The position numbers and the translations under genes were made by a program. A stretch of 64,000 bases of DNA from contig CAXXGI010000002.1 in the NCBI GenBank assembly GCA_963674695.2, positions 416,001 through 480,000 on the forward strand, written 5' to 3'. Positions 60,077 to 64,000 of this stretch are shown piece by piece. Each line of letters opens with the position of its first letter. Positions within the stretch are counted from its first letter, which is position 1. This DNA is from a bacterium. Its GTDB lineage: Bacteria; UBA10199; 2-02-FULL-44-16; JAAZCA01. The notes below the pieces were generated by a model. That model had not been told where the DNA came from and made no database searches. It saw only the letters and a program-made list of their open reading frames with translations.

Positions 60077-60381
60077 GTGCGCAGCTTCTTTCCGACCTTT
60101 TCCTCGACGCGCGCGACTTTGCTCTTCAACCGGCCGCTCGAACCTGTGCGCGCATCGATCTTGATCGAACACTCGATGCGATTACAGTCGGCGCGCATCG
60201 CGGTGTAGCACTTTCCGATCACATCCATGACCTCTGTCCACTCGCCCTCAAGCGTCGTCCCCATCGGCCCGAGTGTGTAGGCGAGCCCCGAGGCATCGAC
60301 GATTTCGAGTGAGCGCGCGACGAAGGTCGAGAGCGACTCCCCCTTGTCCAACGGGAACATCGAAAATTCAGCCAGAATCAT
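60073..60381 (-). CDS. MTH1187/YqgV family thiamine-binding protein
   Basis: EFSMFPL...SLS..VA...SGLAY.LGPMGTTLEGEW...IKIDAR. Confidence 0.9.
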   Translation of the reverse strand: MILAEFSMFPLDKGESLSTFVARSLEIVDASGLAYTLGPMGTTLEGEWTEVMDVIGKCYTAMRADCNRIECSIKIDARTGSSGRLKSKVARVEEKVGKKLRT

Positions 60382-60475
60382 AGAGGCCTCCTGTGTGCGC
60401 GATGTTTTCCTCCTTGTCCTTTTCCCCTCCTCCCTATAGGGAACGAAGCACAAATTCAATGCCAAGGAGCGTGTT

Positions 60476-60766
60476 ATGGAACAGCCAAAAAAGAATGTGC
60501 AGATGCAGGTGAAGGCGACCGATGCGGTCATGGCCGGCAGCTATGCCAACCACCTGATGCTGCACATGAATCGGGAGGAGTTCGTCCTCGATTTCATAGG
60601 CGTCGTGCCGCCGCACGCCACGCTCAACTCCCGGGTGGTGCTCTCCCCCGGCAACCTCAAGCGGATGCTGCACATTCTCCGGGAGAGTCTGGAGAAATAT
60701 GAAAAGGAGTTCGGCGAGGTCGTCGTCGGCCCGCCGCCTTCCAAGGCGGAAGAATTGATACAATAG
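60476..60766 (+). CDS. DUF3467 family protein
   Basis: GSYAN...EFVLDF...SRVVLSP...YEKEFG; RBS AAGGAG. Confidence 0.85.
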   Translation: MEQPKKNVQMQVKATDAVMAGSYANHLMLHMNREEFVLDFIGVVPPHATLNSRVVLSPGNLKRMLHILRESLEKYEKEFGEVVVGPPPSKAEELIQ

Positions 60767-60853
60767 AGGGATGTATGCGTTTCCCGCAGAAACCCCCTTG
60801 TCCTCTTTTTGCGGCGGGTATATGGTGAACCCCCATCAGCGAGGAGGCCTGTC

Positions 60854-62191
60854 ATGGCAAACGTGAAGAACGGAAAGAAGAAGATCAAGAAGGCGAAGCA
60901 GAGCGGCAGCTTCGAGTATGACAACCGGTCGATCACGAGCATCAGCGCCTTTGAAAACGCGCTCACCCAGTTCGATGCGGCGGCAGAGGTCATCGGTCTC
61001 ACTCCCGATCAGGTGGCGGTCATCCGTCAGCCGCGCAAGATCGTGGAGGTCAAGCTCCCGGTGCGCATGGACGATGGCTCCGTCGAGGTCTTCACCGCTT
61101 ATCGCGTGCAGCACAACATCGCGCGCGGCCCGGCCAAGGGCGGCGTCCGCTTTCATCCCGATGTCAACCTCGACGAGGTCAAGGCGCTCGCCTTCTGGAT
61201 GACCTTCAAGTGTGCGACCGTGGGCATTCCCATGGGCGGCGGCAAGGGCGGCATCGTTGTCGATCCCTCCGATATCTCGAAGGGAGAACTCGAACGCCTC
61301 TCGCGCCGTTATTTTGCTGATCTCATCGACATGTTCGGACCCGATCGCGATGTGCCCGCGCCGGATGTCGGCACCAATCCTGAGGTGATGTGTTGGTTCA
61401 TGGATACCTATTCCATGCACTATAACGATTTCACGCCGGCGGTGGTCACCGGAAAACCTTTGGGGCTGGGCGGATCCGAAGGACGCATGGAGGCCACCGC
61501 GCAGGGCATGGTCTATTGTCTGCGCGAAGCGGCCAATGTGAAGGGGTTTTCCATCAAGAACGCGACGGTGGCGATTCAGGGGTTTGGCAACGCCGGCGCC
61601 AATGCGGCCAAGCTCCTGGCCGCCGACGGGGCGCGCATCGTGGCCATCTCGGATGTCTCCGGCGCCTATCGCAACGACGACGGCATCGATATCAATGCGG
61701 CCATTGCGCATTGTAAAGAACACCGCACGCTGGCAGGGTTTGAACAGGACGGAAAAGTTCAGTGTATGGACGATCCGATGAAGCTCCTGGAGCTGCCCGT
61801 CGATATCCTCATCCCCGCGGCGCTCGAAAATCAGATCACGCATAAGAACGCCGATCAGATTCAGGCCAAGGTTATCGCCGAGTGCGCCAACGGTCCGATC
61901 ACGCCGAAGGCCGATGCGGTCCTCGATGCGAAGGGGACCTTCATCATCCCCGACATCCTCTGCAACGCGGGTGGCGTGACCGTCTCCTACCTCGAGTGGG
62001 TGCAGAACCGCATGGGCTACTATTGGGACAACGAGCGCATCCAGGAAGACCTGGGCAAGTACATGACGCGCGCCTTCCAGGCGGTGTACAAGGCGTCGCA
62101 GAAACACGAGATCAGCATGCGCGTGGCGGCCTTTGTCGTCGCCATTCAGCGCGTCATCCGCGCGGCCGAGATGCGCGGACTCTATGCGTAA
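60854..62191 (+). CDS. Glu/Leu/Phe/Val dehydrogenase (glutamate dehydrogenase)
   Basis: [12 protein letters not shown]; GGGKGG; DVPAPD; VTGKP; QGFGNAG; [15 protein letters not shown]. Confidence 0.96.
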   Translation: MANVKNGKKKIKKAKQSGSFEYDNRSITSISAFENALTQFDAAAEVIGLTPDQVAVIRQPRKIVEVKLPVRMDDGSVEVFTAYRVQHNIARGPAKGGVRFHPDVNLDEVKALAFWMTFKCATVGIPMGGGKGGIVVDPSDISKGELERLSRRYFADLIDMFGPDRDVPAPDVGTNPEVMCWFMDTYSMHYNDFTPAVVTGKPLGLGGSEGRMEATAQGMVYCLREAANVKGFSIKNATVAIQGFGNAGANAAKLLAADGARIVAISDVSGAYRNDDGIDINAAIAHCKEHRTLAGFEQDGKVQCMDDPMKLLELPVDILIPAALENQITHKNADQIQAKVIAECANGPITPKADAVLDAKGTFIIPDILCNAGGVTVSYLEWVQNRMGYYWDNERIQEDLGKYMTRAFQAVYKASQKHEISMRVAAFVVAIQRVIRAAEMRGLYA

Positions 62192-62305
62192 GGCGCTGCC
62201 GTCATGCGGTGTCAAACCGGACGATCGGGCGGGTTCGCTGAGGTGCGGGCCCGCTCTTTCTTTAACTATATGATATTATAGCGGAAATATTTTTTCCCTT
62301 TTGGG

Positions 62306-62333
62306 GAAACATTTCCCTCTCCGCAACCGATAA
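62306..62333 (+). promoter_or_regulatory. Sigma28/FliA-like promoter motif (variant)
   Basis: GAAAC-N15-ACCGATAA. Confidence 0.5.
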
Positions 62334-62403
62334 TAAGAAGAGGGATTATTGTTGTTCAGGGGTATGAAGGGGAAGGGCGCGGTGCGCTCCTCCGGAGGGG
62401 TTT

Positions 62404-63129
62404 ATGGTCGTCGAAAAGATCAGCGCACAGGCAGCCGGCCTGCCGCCATCGTGGATGCCACGCGTGAGCACGGGCGGGCAGGCGATGGGCAATGCCGAAG
62501 CGATCAAGAAGATGCTCGGCGAGCCGATTCCACAGATGGTCGATCCGTCGACCCTTTCCGATGCGGTGGCCAAGTTCTTCGGGCCAAACGGTATGCTCGA
62601 ACGGTTGCGCCGAAAGCTCGCCCTCTTCTCGCGCAAGAAGGGCGGGAAGTTTATTCCTGCGCGCAATACGGTCGCATCCGTCGATGAAGAGGATAACGTC
62701 TACGTCGGCGTTGAATTTCTCGAACAGTTTGGCGAGGACGAAGATCTCATCGCCGGGGTTATCGCGCACGAGTGGGGGCACATGCTCTCGGATCTTCCGC
62801 GTGGCGTGGACTGGTCGCATCTGAGCTGGGAGGAGCTCTTCGCCCTGCGTCGTGACGAGGAGGGGGATGCCGACGGTTTTGCCGGTCGCGCGATGCAGCT
62901 CATGGGATATTCGCCCAAGTCGATGATCGCGTTTCTTGCCGCCAACGACAAGCGGCGCAAAGAGAAGAAATTGCCCTGCCACAAGTATCACAATCACGCC
63001 ACGCGTGAGGCGATCCTGTTGGAATCCTTCAAAGCGCAAAAGGAATCGATGGAGGTCGCGCGTCGCCTCTTCTTCGGCGGCAAGGATTCGACGGGTCCAA
63101 AGATTGGGCGCGTCATCGGGGCGGGTTAA
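62404..63129 (+). CDS. HEXXH zinc-metallopeptidase-like protein (M48-like)
   Basis: IAGVIAHEWGH; EGDADGFAG; GYSP; HNHATR; no signal peptide. Confidence 0.75.
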   Translation: MVVEKISAQAAGLPPSWMPRVSTGGQAMGNAEAIKKMLGEPIPQMVDPSTLSDAVAKFFGPNGMLERLRRKLALFSRKKGGKFIPARNTVASVDEEDNVYVGVEFLEQFGEDEDLIAGVIAHEWGHMLSDLPRGVDWSHLSWEELFALRRDEEGDADGFAGRAMQLMGYSPKSMIAFLAANDKRRKEKKLPCHKYHNHATREAILLESFKAQKESMEVARRLFFGGKDSTGPKIGRVIGAG

Positions 63130-63132
63130 AAG

Positions 63133-63168
63133 CAGTGGGAAGTGGGAAGTGGAAAGTGGAAAGTGGAA
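63133..63168. repeat. Heptamer tandem repeat (AAGTGGR)n between convergent genes
   Basis: AGTGGGAAGTGGGAAGTGGAAAGTGGAAAGTGGAAA followed by partly complementary CACTT/TTTCACT. Confidence 0.75.
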
Positions 63169-63184
63169 AAGTCACTTCTCACAT

Positions 63185-63505
63185 TTAACTTTTCACTGCA
63201 TCTCGCATCCATTCCAGATAGTCGTCGCTGCCGTCGATGATCGGCATCACCAAAAACTCCGGCACTTCATAGCTGTGGTGTTTCTCAATCAGGCGGCGCA
63301 CCGCTTTGATCTGTTTGTCGTGGGTCTTGATCAGCAGGAGGTATTCCTGTTCGTCGTGGATCTTCCCCTCCCATTCATAGATCGAGTTGATCTTCGAGAC
63401 GATCTGCACGCAGGCGGCTGCGCGCTCGCGCACGAGGATTTCGGCAAGCCCTTTGGCTTCGCGTTCGGTGTTGGTGGTGGTCATGGCCAGAACCGGTTCG
63501 ATCAT
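63185..63505 (-). CDS. cutA: Divalent-cation tolerance protein CutA
   Basis: LVRERAAACVQ; SIYEWEG; E.LLLIKT; HSYEVPE. Confidence 0.95.
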   Translation of the reverse strand: MIEPVLAMTTTNTEREAKGLAEILVRERAAACVQIVSKINSIYEWEGKIHDEQEYLLLIKTHDKQIKAVRRLIEKHHSYEVPEFLVMPIIDGSDDYLEWMRDAVKS

Positions 63506-63509
63506 GACG

Positions 63510-64000
63510 TTATCCCTCGTTGGCATCGAATGGAATTCCGGATTGAACCTCGACGGCGCGTGCGAGCAGGAAGAGGTAGTCGGAAATGCGGTTGATATAG
63601 ATGAGCCCCTGCGGGTTTTGATAGGCGCCCTCTTCGGCGAGTCGGACGGCGTTGCGCTCGAGGCGTCGCGCCACCGTTCGGGCGACCTCCAGCGCGGCCG
63701 ATGCCGTGCAGGTGCCGGGGATCAGGAACGATTTCGGCAATTGGATCTGTCCCTCGATCTTCCGGATGCGCGCCTCGATGGCGATGACGTGTTCCTCGGC
63801 GGTCGCCTCGACCCAGTCGTGCTGGTCCGGATCGATCGCCGCGAACTCCGCGGCCAGACGAAAGAGCCCGACCTGCAGATGGCGTATTTCCTTCGCGAGT
63901 GCCGCATCCTTGATGAACGTGCGCGCCAACCCCAGCTGCGCGGCGAGCTCATCGATGGTGCCGTAGGCCTCGAGGCGCACATCCGCTTTGGAAACCTCTT
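63510..64000 (-). CDS. Cob(I)alamin adenosyltransferase, PduO type (5' end outside window)
   Basis: VSKADVRLEAYGTIDEL; FLIPG; ARTVARRLER; YINRISDYLFLLAR. Confidence 0.93.
   Translation of the reverse strand, partial: EVSKADVRLEAYGTIDELAAQLGLARTFIKDAALAKEIRHLQVGLFRLAAEFAAIDPDQHDWVEATAEEHVIAIEARIRKIEGQIQLPKSFLIPGTCTASAALEVARTVARRLERNAVRLAEEGAYQNPQGLIYINRISDYLFLLARAVEVQSGIPFDANEG

Noticed and set aside
60836-62215. 459-aa antisense ORF over the dehydrogenase gene
   Set aside because: Codon-bias shadow with no RBS or recognisable domain.

Overview
High-GC chromosomal window from a diderm bacterium, most likely a deltaproteobacterial-type lineage (Myxococcota/Bdellovibrionota-like; inferred from gene content only). 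Housekeeping genes include corA, gadC-gadB, rlmH, elbB, priA, def, fmt, rpe, dinB, queG, a Glu/Leu/Phe/Val dehydrogenase, cutA and a PduO-type adenosyltransferase. They are interleaved with about a dozen orphan Cys/Asp-rich lipoprotein genes, several in tandem paralogous pairs, and with three families of palindromic REP/MITE-like elements. I saw no rRNA, tRNA, CRISPR array, integrase or transposase. Four observations stand out. (1) A sigma54-promoter-driven radical SAM/SPASM gene is followed by a 103-aa peptide with a six-Cys C-terminal core and two Cys-rich orphan genes; this is a candidate new RiPP system. (2) A membrane-anchored sigma54-activator-like ATPase is fused to a PhnD-type binding domain and lacks the GAFTGA loop. 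(3) A recurring GCAAC-N14-16-RCCGATAA motif (sigma28/FliA-like) lies upstream of several orphan surface-protein genes and of (4) a probable ~80-nt C-rich sRNA between priA and def. All product calls come from motif recognition by eye; no database searches were run.
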